Positions 9,374 to 19,515 are shown, counted from the stretch's first letter. The stretch is 62,665 bases of DNA from an uncultured Acidimicrobiales bacterium (GCA_964441145.1 CAYTUB010000004.1:1-62665); one strand, 5' to 3'. The notes: generated by a model not told the origin, from the letters alone. Program-made: numbers and translations.

Positions 9374-9937
9374 ATGAACCCAACAGCACCTCTCGAACAA
9401 GCAATCGCCTCAACGCGCCAGGTCATGGCCTCCGTGCAGGCCGATCAAATGTCTGCCCAAACCCCCTGCGCACAATGGGATGTTGCCGGCGTCATCAACC
9501 ACGTCGTTGGCGGAGCGCAATTCTTCACCGCAGGAATGAAGGGCACCCAACCACCTGAAGGACAGAACTGGGCAGAGGGCGACTACATGGCAGCCTTCGA
9601 TCAAGCTGCCGCCGAATGCATCGACTGCTTCCAACAAGATGGGGCCCTCGAACAGACCGTGGCCCTTCCGTTCGGCGAAATGCCAGGATCTGCCGTCATG
9701 GGAATTGCGATGACCGATATCTTCACGCACGGCTGGGACATCGCGAAGGCAACCGGACAAAGCACCGATCTCGCACCTGAACTCGCCGCGGGCATTCTTG
9801 CCCAATCACAGCAAGCCATCGCCCCTGAATGGCGCGGCCCAGAGGACAGCCCAGCACCATTCGGTAGTGAACAGCACTGTGCCGATGGTTCCTGCGCAGC
9901 CGATCAGTTGGCTGCCTTCCTCGGCCGCGAGGTTTAG
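9374..9937 (+). CDS. DinB-like / TIGR03086-type (mycothiol maleylpyruvate isomerase N-terminal-like) protein
   Basis: MNPTAPLEQAIASTRQVMASV...TPCAQWDVAGVINHVVGG...TDIFTHGWDIAKATGQ, the typical TIGR03086 pattern. The ATG at 9374 is preceded by AAGGA. Confidence 0.78.
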   Translation: MNPTAPLEQAIASTRQVMASVQADQMSAQTPCAQWDVAGVINHVVGGAQFFTAGMKGTQPPEGQNWAEGDYMAAFDQAAAECIDCFQQDGALEQTVALPFGEMPGSAVMGIAMTDIFTHGWDIAKATGQSTDLAPELAAGILAQSQQAIAPEWRGPEDSPAPFGSEQHCADGSCAADQLAAFLGREV

Positions 9938-10094
9938 CTCTTTCTGTCGAGGAATCTGGCTACACACATCGCCAGCGACAACGACTGATCCTAGAGCGTG
10001 CCCTGTCATCGCTCGGATCGAGATAGCAGGGTGACGCTCAGGCTTAAACGCACCTTTGGCGATCCTGTCATAGTCGTCACATACGATTGCAGTT

Positions 10095-10508
10095 ATGAAT
10101 CGGCGAGACCTTCAAGACCTGAGCAAACTCAGGCTGAAAGAGGCGAGAGTTCTCCTTAGCGCGCAGCATTGGTCTGGCGCCTACTACCTCGCTGGCTACG
10201 CTGCGGAATGCGCCATCAAAGCCTGTATCGCGAAGAAGACTATGCGTGGGGACTTTCCGAATAAGGGATTCGCGAATCAGGTACACACCCACGATGTCGT
10301 CGCACTGGTTAAAGCCGCTGGCCTACAGTCACAGCTTGACCAACGGATAAAAGACCCAGGAACGTTCGCCGTCAACTGGACTATCGTTAAGGACTGGGAC
10401 GTCAGTTCTCGTTACACCACAGCAAGCGAATCAGAAGCAAGAGATTTGTTGAGCGCCCTAACCGCCCGCAAGGAAGGAGTCATACCGTGGATCAAGCAAC
10501 ATTGGTAG
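10095..10508 (+). CDS. HEPN-domain-like protein
   Basis: 137 aa. It shows a HEPN-type helical pattern: AYYLAGYAAECAIKACIAKK, VHTHDVVALVKAAGL, and SSRYT..SESEARDLLSAL. I found no canonical Rx4-6H motif. G+C is visibly lower than in the flanks. Confidence 0.6.
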   Translation: MNRRDLQDLSKLRLKEARVLLSAQHWSGAYYLAGYAAECAIKACIAKKTMRGDFPNKGFANQVHTHDVVALVKAAGLQSQLDQRIKDPGTFAVNWTIVKDWDVSSRYTTASESEARDLLSALTARKEGVIPWIKQHW

Positions 10509-10924
10509 GCCGCCTTGAACGAGCCGGCGAACAACTCACGGCCAAACTACGCGACGATCCGAGCTTCGATCTAACCGCATCATTCTGGTGGTGGAACTCG
10601 GAATCGTCCGCATGGCTTCTAGTCATTGCATCGAAGAATTACGAACGGCTCGGCCCTAAATCCACCTATCAGCACGTTCGACGTCTATTGAAGAAACTGG
10701 ATACGAAGCGCTCGAGGTCACCCCTAGACCTCAGCATGATCAGTGCAGTATCTGCAACTGACCCACGGGTTGCCGCTATGGCATCAGCAATATCAGTTTC
10801 GTCCGGGCACACCCGCGTCACTCGATCGAACCTAAATGGTGTCCAGGTTGACGATGCGCTGATATACGAGCTGTCGCTTGCCGGGGTCAGTTCAGATGCC
10901 GCCGAGATCCCGGCATCGGCCTAG
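10487..10924 (+). CDS. Unknown protein translationally coupled to the HEPN-like gene
   Basis: 145 aa. The GTG at 10487 is preceded by AAGGAAGGAGT about 7 nt upstream and overlaps the HEPN gene by 22 nt. No recognisable motif, and no G[SG]...DxD of minimal nucleotidyltransferases. Confidence 0.6.
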   Translation: MDQATLVGRLERAGEQLTAKLRDDPSFDLTASFWWWNSESSAWLLVIASKNYERLGPKSTYQHVRRLLKKLDTKRSRSPLDLSMISAVSATDPRVAAMASAISVSSGHTRVTRSNLNGVQVDDALIYELSLAGVSSDAAEIPASA

Positions 10925-11015
10925 CGGTTCACCAGACGCGACAAACCCAGAGAGTCCCAGGCGTCACACCCGCTAGGGCATACATCCAGGTAGGTCAGGG
11001 TTCACACTTGTAACT

Positions 11016-12695
11016 ATGTCTGCAGTCGAATCGACCCCCGACACTCCGGAGTTTCACGGCGATCTGGCGCTTGCCGCCTTCAGCGATCGTGGGCCGTGGC
11101 AGGTTTCGCTCGACGAGGCTCGTTGGCTCAAGCGAGTCCCGACAATTCGCTCGACGGTCCAACGCCAGATTCCCGATCTCATCCGACCAAAGAAGGTGCC
11201 CGCTGGCGGCCGCTTGGTCGAGGTCACCCGACGTCTCGGCACGGCAGTCGGGCTGTGGTACGCCCTCGGTCGACGAAAGGGTCAGACCGAAGACTTCGAC
11301 GCGTCGAGGGCTGACCTATCACTTCGCTTGCGCGAGGCAGCCGAGATCCTCGGACCGACCTACATCAAGCTCGGCCAGATCATCTCGAGCGGACAAGGCA
11401 TCTTTCCCAAAGAACTCGTGGATGAGTTCATCAAGTGTCGTGACCAAGTTCCCGCCGAATCCTTCGAAACGGTTCGAGAGGTTGTCGAGAACGAACTCGG
11501 CGCTCGCATCGAAGACGTCTTCAGCGAGTTCGACCGTGAACCGTTGGCGGCAGCCTCGATTGCCCAAGTCCACCGAGCGGTGCTCGCCGATCACATCACG
11601 CCGGGCGGCGGCGAAGAGATCGTCGTCAAAGTCCAGCGCCCAACGGTCAGCGAACTCGTACATCAAGACCTCAAGGTCATGGCCTGGCTCGCGCCGTTCC
11701 TCATCGGGCGAATACCGGTTGCGGCCCTGGCCAACCCACCGGCACTCGTCGAAGTGTTCGCGGAGACGATCACCGAAGAGCTCGACTTTCGACTCGAAGC
11801 GGCGAACATGCTCGATGTCGCGATGTCGCTTCGCCAACTCGGCCAAACGGCGTACGTGATCCCGCGGCCACACCCGACATTGGTTACTCGGCGCATCATG
11901 GTGATGGAACGCCTCAGCGGTTTCAACTTCGACGATGTTGCGGGCATCGAGGACGCTGGCGTCGACACCCATGAGATCGTGCGCACGTCAATGATCGGGT
12001 TCTTGGAAGGCGCCATGATCCACGGTGTCTTCCACGGCGATCTCCACGGCGGCAACTTGTTCGTCCAGCCAGATGGCCGCACCGCCTTGTTCGACTTTGG
12101 GATCACCGGGCGACTCACCGAGGCGAAACGGCAGGCATTTCTTCGTCTGCTCATGAGCGGCATGATCAGTGACGTAAAAGGGCAGCTCACAGCGATCCGC
12201 GATCTCGGCGCCCTCCCGCCCGACACGGACCTTGACGTCGTGTTCAACGACCTGGGCCTGGCCAACGCACCTTTGGATCCAACCGCACTCACACCAGACG
12301 AGCTCATCGTGGAACTCCAAAAGTTCGTGAAGCTCCTTTTGGGTTACGGGGCGAACCTTCCCAAAGAGCTCATGTTGTTTGTGAAGAACCTGATGTTCGT
12401 CGACGCAGCGATCGGGACGCTGGCCCCCGACCTCGACCTCTTTGGAGAGGTCGCGCACATCGCTACGTACTTTGCCCAAAACCACGGCCAACGGCTGGCC
12501 GCGGAGATGGGTCAGTCGGGCAAGGACATCGAAGTCGACCTGACTTCGTTCAAGGACAGCCTTGGCGTCGATCGTTCGACAGATTCCATCACCTACAACG
12601 ACCTCAAGGCCCGGCGCGACCTCATCCAAAAGCGCATGCACGATCATCACCATGACGACGCGCCGAAGGGATTTTTCTCCCGTTTCCGTCGATAG
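11016..12695 (+). CDS. ABC1/UbiB-family atypical kinase
   Basis: 559 aa with LGPTYIKLGQIISS, AAASIAQVHRAVL and HGDLHGGNLF, the ABC1/AarF/UbiB motifs. Confidence 0.9.
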   Translation: MSAVESTPDTPEFHGDLALAAFSDRGPWQVSLDEARWLKRVPTIRSTVQRQIPDLIRPKKVPAGGRLVEVTRRLGTAVGLWYALGRRKGQTEDFDASRADLSLRLREAAEILGPTYIKLGQIISSGQGIFPKELVDEFIKCRDQVPAESFETVREVVENELGARIEDVFSEFDREPLAAASIAQVHRAVLADHITPGGGEEIVVKVQRPTVSELVHQDLKVMAWLAPFLIGRIPVAALANPPALVEVFAETITEELDFRLEAANMLDVAMSLRQLGQTAYVIPRPHPTLVTRRIMVMERLSGFNFDDVAGIEDAGVDTHEIVRTSMIGFLEGAMIHGVFHGDLHGGNLFVQPDGRTALFDFGITGRLTEAKRQAFLRLLMSGMISDVKGQLTAIRDLGALPPDTDLDVVFNDLGLANAPLDPTALTPDELIVELQKFVKLLLGYGANLPKELMLFVKNLMFVDAAIGTLAPDLDLFGEVAHIATYFAQNHGQRLAAEMGQSGKDIEVDLTSFKDSLGVDRSTDSITYNDLKARRDLIQKRMHDHHHDDAPKGFFSRFRR

Positions 12696-12787
12696 CTCGT
12701 CAAACGACGACGGTGAGACCTGCGGTGGGGGTCGCTCCCCAGGGTGGCGAATAGGCGAAAGCAAAAAGCTGATCTACTCTTGCGCAC

Positions 12788-13447
12788 GTGCGCTTAGTCA
12801 TCGCCAGATGCACCGTCGACTATGACGGCAGACTCACCGCCCATCTTCCCGAGGCGACCCGCCTCATCATGGTGAAGGCGGACGGTTGCGTCGCCGTGCA
12901 CGCAGACGGCGGTGCGTACAAGCCTCTCAATTGGATGAACGCGCCCAATCGCCTCATCGAAGATGGATCCGAATGGCGCGTGGTGAGCCCCAAGGGCGAA
13001 ACACTCACCATCACGCTTCACGAAGTGCTCAGCGACACGAGTTGGGACCTCGGTATCGACCCCGGGCTACAAAAAGATGGCGTCGAAGCACATATTCAAG
13101 AACTGCTGGCCGCCGACCCCGAAGCCATCTCCAGCGGCTACAAGCTCGTACGCCGCGAATACCCAACCGATATCGGGCCTGTCGACCTACTCTGCCGAGA
13201 TGAACAAGACGGCGTCATCGCCATCGAGGTAAAGCGCCGCGGAGAGATCGATGGCGTCGAACAGCTCAGCCGCTATCTCGAGTTCCTCAACCAGGACCCA
13301 CGACTCTCACCGGTTAAGGGTGTCTTCGTTGCCCAAGAGATCAAGCCACAGGCAAAGGTTCTCGCCGGCGAACGCTCCATCGAGTGCGTGGAAGTTGACT
13401 ACGACGAGCTGCGGGGGATCGAACGCCCGCAGTTGAAGTTGCTATGA
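12788..13447 (+). CDS. nucS: Endonuclease NucS (EndoMS)
   Basis: [35 protein letters not shown] and the C-terminal RecB-like DLLCRD...[11 protein letters not shown] start at 12788. Confidence 0.93.
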   Translation: MRLVIARCTVDYDGRLTAHLPEATRLIMVKADGCVAVHADGGAYKPLNWMNAPNRLIEDGSEWRVVSPKGETLTITLHEVLSDTSWDLGIDPGLQKDGVEAHIQELLAADPEAISSGYKLVRREYPTDIGPVDLLCRDEQDGVIAIEVKRRGEIDGVEQLSRYLEFLNQDPRLSPVKGVFVAQEIKPQAKVLAGERSIECVEVDYDELRGIERPQLKLL

Positions 13448-15396
13448 CCTCGCAACTCCGCTCTCGTTTCATCCCCGGCGCGTTGATCGCCGCAGTGCTC
13501 TTGACGGGCTGTGGCGTCTTTGGCGACGACGACCAGGCCGCCAGCGAACAAGCTGCTCCGGCTGTGGCCGAGGTCGTGCGCGTCGAGAGCGGCGACCGCT
13601 GGTTCGACATCGATCCCTCAGAGGTCGATTTGTCTGCAAGCGGCGGACCAACCGCGGCGACTATCGAGCAACTCAGCCAGGAAGTCGACAATCTCTCCCT
13701 GACGCTTTCTGCACCGGCCGACGCTGGCATCGTGCACGATGGCGCGACCTTCGTTGTCCAGCCAGCGGTTCCAGGACAAACACCAGACATCGAAACGCTG
13801 GCGCTCAACATCGCCGAAGCAGCCGAAACCGGTATCGAAACGGTGGAGATCCCCTTTTCCGACCTCGCTGCTGATCTAGGCGATGAGGCTGCAGCCGAGT
13901 ACGCCGCAGAGCTCAACGGTCGGCTCGCCGATGGCATCACCGTTGCGATAGCTGGCGAGACCGCGGTCTTGTCGAACGAGCTTCTCGGCCCGGCAACGAC
14001 GGTGAGTTTCTCCGGAAACCAATGGGACGCGGCAATCGACTTCGAACAACTCGATGCAGTACTCGCTCGCATGTTCCCCGATGTCGGCCAACCCGGCGGC
14101 GAGGCGACCATCACCATCGAAGAGTCCGACGACCCTGACGTTCCCGGAACGGTCGTCATCGTTCCCGGAACACCACAAACCGTGTGCTGCGATGCCGAAT
14201 CGGCTCGCCGTCTCGAACAGGCGCTGACATCTGATGTCGAAGTTGCGACGTTGCTGTTCCGTGAGGAAGAGGGCGAACGTGGCACGGCCTGGGCCGAAGA
14301 ACTCGGCATCGAAGAGCGCGTCTCAACATTCACGACGAACTACACCCCCGGCCAAGATCGCAACACCAACATTCGCCTGATCGCTGAACTGAGCCAGGGT
14401 GTCATTTTGATGCCTGGCGAAGCGTTCTCGCTCAACGAACACGTCGGGCAACGAACCAGGGAGAAGGGTTTCGTTCCGGCGGGAACCATCGTGAACGGCC
14501 ACCTCGTCGACAGCGTCGGCGGCGGTATCAGCCAGTTCGCCACCACCTTGTTCAACGCTGCGTTCTTTGGCGGGCTCGAGTTCGATGCCTACCAGGCGCA
14601 CTCGATCTACTTCAGCCGGTATCCCTACGGCCGCGAGGCGACGATCTCGTGGCCAGCGCCAGCACTGATCATCTCGAATCCAACCCCCTATCCCGTCATG
14701 ATCTGGCCGACGAGCACCTCTAGCTCGGTGACCGTGGATCTGTACTCGACGCCATGGGTTGAGGTCGAGCAGACAGGCCAGTTCGAGAGCGTGGTCGGCG
14801 TCGCGTGCACCCGAGTCGTCACCGAACGAACCCGAACGTTTATCGACGACAACTCCACCGACGTCGACACCGTCTTTGCCACATACCGCCCCGAGGGCAT
14901 CGCCTGCGATGGCACGGAGACCGACGACCCCGATGCCGAACAGATCGAAGCGCTCGAGAACGGTGAGGACCCTGGCTTCGAAGACGGCAACCCAGCCGAC
15001 GAAGAAGGCGGCGACGGTGAAGCACCCGGAGACGGAAATGGCCAGAATCCTGACGGCGACGACGATCCAGACGCCGAAGACCCAGACGGCGATGACCCGA
15101 ATCCTGATCCCGGAGACGGCGACAACCCCGATGACGGCGGCGACGGTGAAGCACCCGGAGGCGGAAATGGTGATCCCGGTGACGGTGACGATGGCGACGG
15201 CGGAAATCCCGATCCCGGAGACACGGATAACCCCGGCGGACAGCAACCCGACGGACAAGATGACGACACCGCTGATCCGCCCCCACCGGCTGATGATGAC
15301 GATGCTCCGGTTGCCCCCGAAACACCTCCGGCGACCGAGCCCGAGGACGCAGCGCCAGACGACACCGGTTCACCCGACGACGACCAAGCTGGCTGA
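13444..15396 (+). CDS. VanW-domain lipoprotein with long D/P/G-rich acidic tail
   Basis: Lipobox LLTGCG. VanW core [14 protein letters not shown]...[21 protein letters not shown]...[11 protein letters not shown]. About 170 aa of acidic low-complexity C-terminus. ATGA overlap with nucS. Confidence 0.85.
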   Translation: MTSQLRSRFIPGALIAAVLLTGCGVFGDDDQAASEQAAPAVAEVVRVESGDRWFDIDPSEVDLSASGGPTAATIEQLSQEVDNLSLTLSAPADAGIVHDGATFVVQPAVPGQTPDIETLALNIAEAAETGIETVEIPFSDLAADLGDEAAAEYAAELNGRLADGITVAIAGETAVLSNELLGPATTVSFSGNQWDAAIDFEQLDAVLARMFPDVGQPGGEATITIEESDDPDVPGTVVIVPGTPQTVCCDAESARRLEQALTSDVEVATLLFREEEGERGTAWAEELGIEERVSTFTTNYTPGQDRNTNIRLIAELSQGVILMPGEAFSLNEHVGQRTREKGFVPAGTIVNGHLVDSVGGGISQFATTLFNAAFFGGLEFDAYQAHSIYFSRYPYGREATISWPAPALIISNPTPYPVMIWPTSTSSSVTVDLYSTPWVEVEQTGQFESVVGVACTRVVTERTRTFIDDNSTDVDTVFATYRPEGIACDGTETDDPDAEQIEALENGEDPGFEDGNPADEEGGDGEAPGDGNGQNPDGDDDPDAEDPDGDDPNPDPGDGDNPDDGGDGEAPGGGNGDPGDGDDGDGGNPDPGDTDNPGGQQPDGQDDDTADPPPPADDDDAPVAPETPPATEPEDAAPDDTGSPDDDQAG

Positions 15397-15476
15397 CCCT
15401 CGGGTGTGACACCGTCCACCCTCTCGGGTGCGTACAGAATCCGGTCGTCTGAGGCCACGCTCGATACGCTCGTCTC

Positions 15477-16679
15477 ATGACCTCGGTAGAGACCATCATT
15501 GTGGGGGCTGGCCCCGCCGGCGCAGCGGCCGCCCACGCGTTGGCGACCGAGGGACGAGAAGTCCTGCTTCTCGACAAGGCCACCTTCCCACGAGACAAGT
15601 TCTGCGGTGACGGACTGACGACCCTGTGTTTGCGTCAACTCGACGAGATGGGGGTGGCGGTTTCACAACTGCCTTCGTTCGCGCCGGTTCGGGCGGCAAA
15701 GATTCGTTCGCCGAAGGGGCAGCTCCTCGACCTGCCGCTGCCGGGTGGGCCAGGATTGTTCGCGGGCGTCGCTCGCCGTACCGAACTCGATGCACTGCTC
15801 GTCGACCATGCGCTCGAAGCTGGCGCCACTGGCCAGTTTGGGGTCAAGGTCATCGAAGCTACGCCTGGGCCAGACAGCATCTCGGTTCGCCTCGAGGACG
15901 GACAGCAGATCACTGCGAGCCAGTGCATCGCTGCCGATGGCATGTGGTCGCCCATGCGAAAGATGCTCGGTCTCGAGATCGAGGGCTACCGAGGCGAATG
16001 GCATGCCTTTCGCCAGTACTTCGACAATGTCGACGAGAAAGCGCAAAGCGGCCTCTTTGTGTGGTTCGAGCCCGACATTCTTCCTGGTTACGTGTGGTCG
16101 TTTCCTATCGGAGGCGGCAAAGCCAACGTGGGCTTTGGCATCCTGCGAGGCGGAAACGTCTCCACGCAGGACATGAAGACCGTGTGGCCCGAGCTTCTGA
16201 CGCGTCCATACATTCGAGAGGTCATCGGAGCCGACGCGACCCCCGAGGCCCCACACAGGGCTTGGCCAATACCGGCTCGCATCGATGGCGTTCCACTTAC
16301 CGGACCTAGGACACTGTTCGTCGGCGACGCTGCAGCCGCGTGCGACACACTCACCGGTGAGGGAATCGGGCAGGCGCTTCTCACCGGGCGAGTCGCTGCA
16401 CAAGCGCTGCTCGATAACCCGAGCTTTGCAACCGCTGCGTCGAGCTATCGCGAGGCCGTCGACGAGGAACTCTTCGCCGACCACAAGATGGCAGAACTGT
16501 GCGGCCGACTTCTCAGCCGCGAAGCGGTAGCTGAGGCGGCGCTGCGTATGGTCGGCACCAATGCGTGGACCCGGCGCAACTTCGCCCGTTGGATGTTCGA
16601 GGACTACCCGCGAGCCATCATCGCCACGCCGCGACGTTGGAAGCGTGGCATGTTCTCTGCTGCGGGAGCGTCGACCTAG
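15477..16679 (+). CDS. Geranylgeranyl reductase-family FAD-dependent oxidoreductase
   Basis: IIVGAGPAGAAAAHALATEGREVLLLDKATFPRDKFCGDGL and GDAAAACDTLTGEGIGQAL. Confidence 0.85.
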   Translation: MTSVETIIVGAGPAGAAAAHALATEGREVLLLDKATFPRDKFCGDGLTTLCLRQLDEMGVAVSQLPSFAPVRAAKIRSPKGQLLDLPLPGGPGLFAGVARRTELDALLVDHALEAGATGQFGVKVIEATPGPDSISVRLEDGQQITASQCIAADGMWSPMRKMLGLEIEGYRGEWHAFRQYFDNVDEKAQSGLFVWFEPDILPGYVWSFPIGGGKANVGFGILRGGNVSTQDMKTVWPELLTRPYIREVIGADATPEAPHRAWPIPARIDGVPLTGPRTLFVGDAAAACDTLTGEGIGQALLTGRVAAQALLDNPSFATAASSYREAVDEELFADHKMAELCGRLLSREAVAEAALRMVGTNAWTRRNFARWMFEDYPRAIIATPRRWKRGMFSAAGAST

Positions 16680-16706
16680 AGGCGAAGTAGGGATAGCGTT
16701 CTCAGC

Positions 16707-17423
16707 GTGACGACCACGAACGAACACGGCCAGCCGATTTCTGAGGATCTCGACGGTTGGGAACCCCCAGAGATGCCGGCCCACGACGCGATTGTTGGCA
16801 GGATCGTTCGTCTCGAACCGTTGCAGCGGGCTCGACATGCCATCCCGTTGTTTCATACGTTCAAGTTCGCCGACGATTCGCTGTGGACCTATATGCCCCT
16901 TGGGCCTTTCGAGGATGCGGCCGGGCTCGGTCAGCTCATCGATGCCATGAACCGCAATCGCGACACCCAGCCCTACGCGGTCATCGTCGATGGCGAGGTG
17001 CATGGGATGCTGTCGTTCCTTCGCATCCAACCCGACATTGGTTCACTGGAGATTGGTTGGATCGCATTCTCGCCGATGATTCAACGGTCAACGGCTACGA
17101 CCGAAACCCTGGCACTACTGCTGCGACATGCTTTCGAGTCGGGCTATCGACGGGTCGAGTGGAAGTGCGACTCACTGAACGCGAAATCACGGGCCGCCGC
17201 AGAGCGTCTGGGCTTCGAATACGAAGGCACCTTCCGCAAGGCCACCCACTACAAAGGTCGCAACCGCGACACCGCATGGTTTGCCATGACCGACGATGAC
17301 TGGCCTGTCATCGACCAGGGCCTGGAGAACTGGCTCTCCCCCGACAACTTCGATGAGGCGGGAAACCAGCTAACCCCACTCGGCCAAGACGAACGAGCAG
17401 CATCACCCTTCACTGCTTTGTAG
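16707..17423 (+). CDS. GNAT-family N-acetyltransferase (RimJ/RimL-like)
   Basis: 238 aa from a GTG start. Acetyl-CoA-binding pattern QRSTATTETLALLLRHAFESGYRRVEWKCDSLNAKSRAAAERLGFEYEGTFR. Confidence 0.8.
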   Translation: MTTTNEHGQPISEDLDGWEPPEMPAHDAIVGRIVRLEPLQRARHAIPLFHTFKFADDSLWTYMPLGPFEDAAGLGQLIDAMNRNRDTQPYAVIVDGEVHGMLSFLRIQPDIGSLEIGWIAFSPMIQRSTATTETLALLLRHAFESGYRRVEWKCDSLNAKSRAAAERLGFEYEGTFRKATHYKGRNRDTAWFAMTDDDWPVIDQGLENWLSPDNFDEAGNQLTPLGQDERAASPFTAL

Positions 17424-17437
17424 GGCCCCGCAGGAAT

Positions 17438-17480
17438 CTAGGAACGATCAGCATGACTATTTCATGCTGATCGTTCCTAG
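17438..17480. terminator. Perfect 18-bp-stem hairpin between convergent genes
   Basis: CTAGGAACGATCAGCATG - 7-nt loop - CATGCTGATCGTTCCTAG, lying between the stops at 17423 (+) and 17501 (-). No strong U-tract on either side. Confidence 0.6.
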
Positions 17481-17500
17481 AACCGTTCTGGGAGGCGGAG

Positions 17501-18712
17501 TTACGATGATGCGTCAGCGCTCGTTCGAGTCAAGCGCAAGTAGGCGGCTCGGACGGCGAGGGCTTCGCGGACCTCATCGTTACTTTCGGTGACGAACTGT
17601 TCTTGGTACGCCTCGTCGGTGACGAGCGAGACCGCGAACTGCAGGCCGCTGAAGGCGGCCACGAGCCCGGCGGCAATCAGGTGCAGGGTCGTCAACACGA
17701 TGTCGTTGTCGAACACCTGAAAGCGCAACAACTCGGCGTCTCCCAACATGCCCAGCGTCGTCCACTGAAGAATTGTTTCCTCGCGCACCGTCAGCAATCC
17801 AAAGATCACATAGAACCCAAAGATCAACAGGGTCACCGCGCCTGCTTGCGCGGCAAGGCCAACGACCAGTCGCAGCGTGAGGTTCGACCGCGCGGCCCGG
17901 TCCAAGGGCACGTGCTTTGGCGCCCCGGGGAAGTTCGTCGTGTCGCACTCCTCCAGGGGCGTACCCTCGAGTTCCTTTGCCACGTCGCTCCACGCGGTGA
18001 AGTAGCGAAGCTCCGAGATCGCTCCACGCATAGCGCCCACGAAGAAGCTGAACCCAATAAGGGCAAGGATCCCCATCACGATGGCGAACAGTGGCAGCGG
18101 CAAGTCGTTGACCACCTGCCAGATCTCTGCGTTCAAGAACAAGAAGGCAGAGAACAGCAACATCAACGGCAGGATGCGTCCGAGAAGCTGGATGATCTGG
18201 GTGAGATGGCCCCACATTGCCGTAAGCCCCCAGCGAGCCATGGAGAAGATGCCCCACGACACAACGAAGTACACCCCCAGCAAGATCGCAACGTTCAACA
18301 GCACCACGAATACGAAGTCCGAAGTAGAACGAGCGCCTCCGAGCCATGCGAGAACCGGTGGCACCAGGACAAACAACGTGAGTTCGCCAATGCCAATCTC
18401 GTTCGGCCGGGAGAACGCGGAGCGACCACGGGCTCGGTTCACCAGAGCAACCGCGCCGAACATGATCACTAGGCCGCCGACGAATGCGGCAACTTGTTGC
18501 CAACCGCTGACCTCTTGGCCAAAGGTCAAGAACAGTTCGGCGAAGAAGACGAGTGAGAGGAACCCAACGGCGCGCGTCCAGACATCCTCTGAGGCTTTGA
18601 AGTCGTCGATGAAGTGCGGGATGCCGTGGTGAACAAACCAGTCTTCGGTGTCATCAATCAGTGCAGAAACGTCGACAGTGTTCGCCGATTCGCTTTCCGC
18701 CGCTGAGCTCAC
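17501..18712 (-). CDS. Polytopic membrane protein, unknown function
   Basis: 403 aa with many TM helices. Its start overlaps the thrB stop (18709-18712). Confidence 0.65.
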   Translation of the reverse strand: MSSAAESESANTVDVSALIDDTEDWFVHHGIPHFIDDFKASEDVWTRAVGFLSLVFFAELFLTFGQEVSGWQQVAAFVGGLVIMFGAVALVNRARGRSAFSRPNEIGIGELTLFVLVPPVLAWLGGARSTSDFVFVVLLNVAILLGVYFVVSWGIFSMARWGLTAMWGHLTQIIQLLGRILPLMLLFSAFLFLNAEIWQVVNDLPLPLFAIVMGILALIGFSFFVGAMRGAISELRYFTAWSDVAKELEGTPLEECDTTNFPGAPKHVPLDRAARSNLTLRLVVGLAAQAGAVTLLIFGFYVIFGLLTVREETILQWTTLGMLGDAELLRFQVFDNDIVLTTLHLIAAGLVAAFSGLQFAVSLVTDEAYQEQFVTESNDEVREALAVRAAYLRLTRTSADASS

Positions 18713-19515
18713 TCGTACACCGCTCCGCGCATGTCGATATGCGAGATGCTGACCTCGCCACCTGGCGGCAGGGCCTCGGCAATCTTTGACGCCATGGCAG
18801 GCTCACAAAGGGCTGCTGCCGTGGGCCCGCTGCCCGATAGCCATGAGCACCACGCCCCGGCGTCCGATGCGGCTTTCATCGCAGCCGCTGTATCGGGCAG
18901 CGACTGGAGGCGGATCTCTTGATGCATCCGATCCTCGGAGGCCTCGCCGAGCAACTCGACGTCACCGTTGGTGAGGGCGGCCAACAACAAGGCAGTGCGC
19001 CCCATGTTGAATACCGCGTCCTCCATAGAGATCTGCTTGGGGAGCTTGCCCCGAGATTCCTTCGTACCCGACAGCGTGTCGGGGATCCAGAGAACCACGT
19101 TTGCTTGCAATCCGAGCGGGACGCGCTCGACGCGATCCCCTACGGCTACCGTGACGCCGCCAAAGACCGAGGGCGCAACGTTGTCGGGGTGCCCTTCAAG
19201 TTCGGTGGCTTCCACAAAGAGCCATCGTTGACATTCCTCGAGGGTGCTTCCCTTTTGGATGGCGGCTGCGAGCAAGCCGGCGACCCGGGCGGCACCAGAA
19301 AACCCCATCCCTCGTGCGGGGGGAATCGTCGAGGTGATCTTCAAACCGCCGGTTCCGCCAAACTGTTGGAACACGCGCATGGTGAGATGGTCGGGGCTTC
19401 CAATGCCCTCTTCGGCAAATTCGACCTCGAGGTATCGGTCGATGGCCATGCCCAAAACGTCGAACCCTGGTCCGAGGTTCGCCGATGATGCCGGAACACG
19501 AATCTTCTTTGTCAT
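18709..19515 (-). CDS. thrB: Homoserine kinase (GHMP family)
   Basis: KIRVPASSANLGPGFDVLGMAI plus a GHMP motif (GMGFSGAA). The ATG at 19515 forms an ATGA overlap with the upstream stop. Confidence 0.82.
   Translation of the reverse strand: MTKKIRVPASSANLGPGFDVLGMAIDRYLEVEFAEEGIGSPDHLTMRVFQQFGGTGGLKITSTIPPARGMGFSGAARVAGLLAAAIQKGSTLEECQRWLFVEATELEGHPDNVAPSVFGGVTVAVGDRVERVPLGLQANVVLWIPDTLSGTKESRGKLPKQISMEDAVFNMGRTALLLAALTNGDVELLGEASEDRMHQEIRLQSLPDTAAAMKAASDAGAWCSWLSGSGPTAAALCEPAMASKIAEALPPGGEVSISHIDMRGAVYE

Noticed and set aside
10077-10292. 71-aa minus-strand ORF antisense to the HEPN-like gene.
   Set aside because: It overlaps the better-supported HEPN frame. It has no RBS and an implausible sequence.
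13341-14333. 330-aa minus-strand ORF opposite the VanW gene. The same applies to 14323-15258 and 14688-15638.
   Set aside because: These are Ser/Ala/Pro-rich shadow frames. The VanW motifs and lipobox are on the plus strand.
15663-17030. 455-aa minus-strand ORF spanning the geranylgeranyl reductase and GNAT genes.
   Set aside because: It is antisense to two motif-supported genes. Its product is Arg/Pro-rich with no domain signature.
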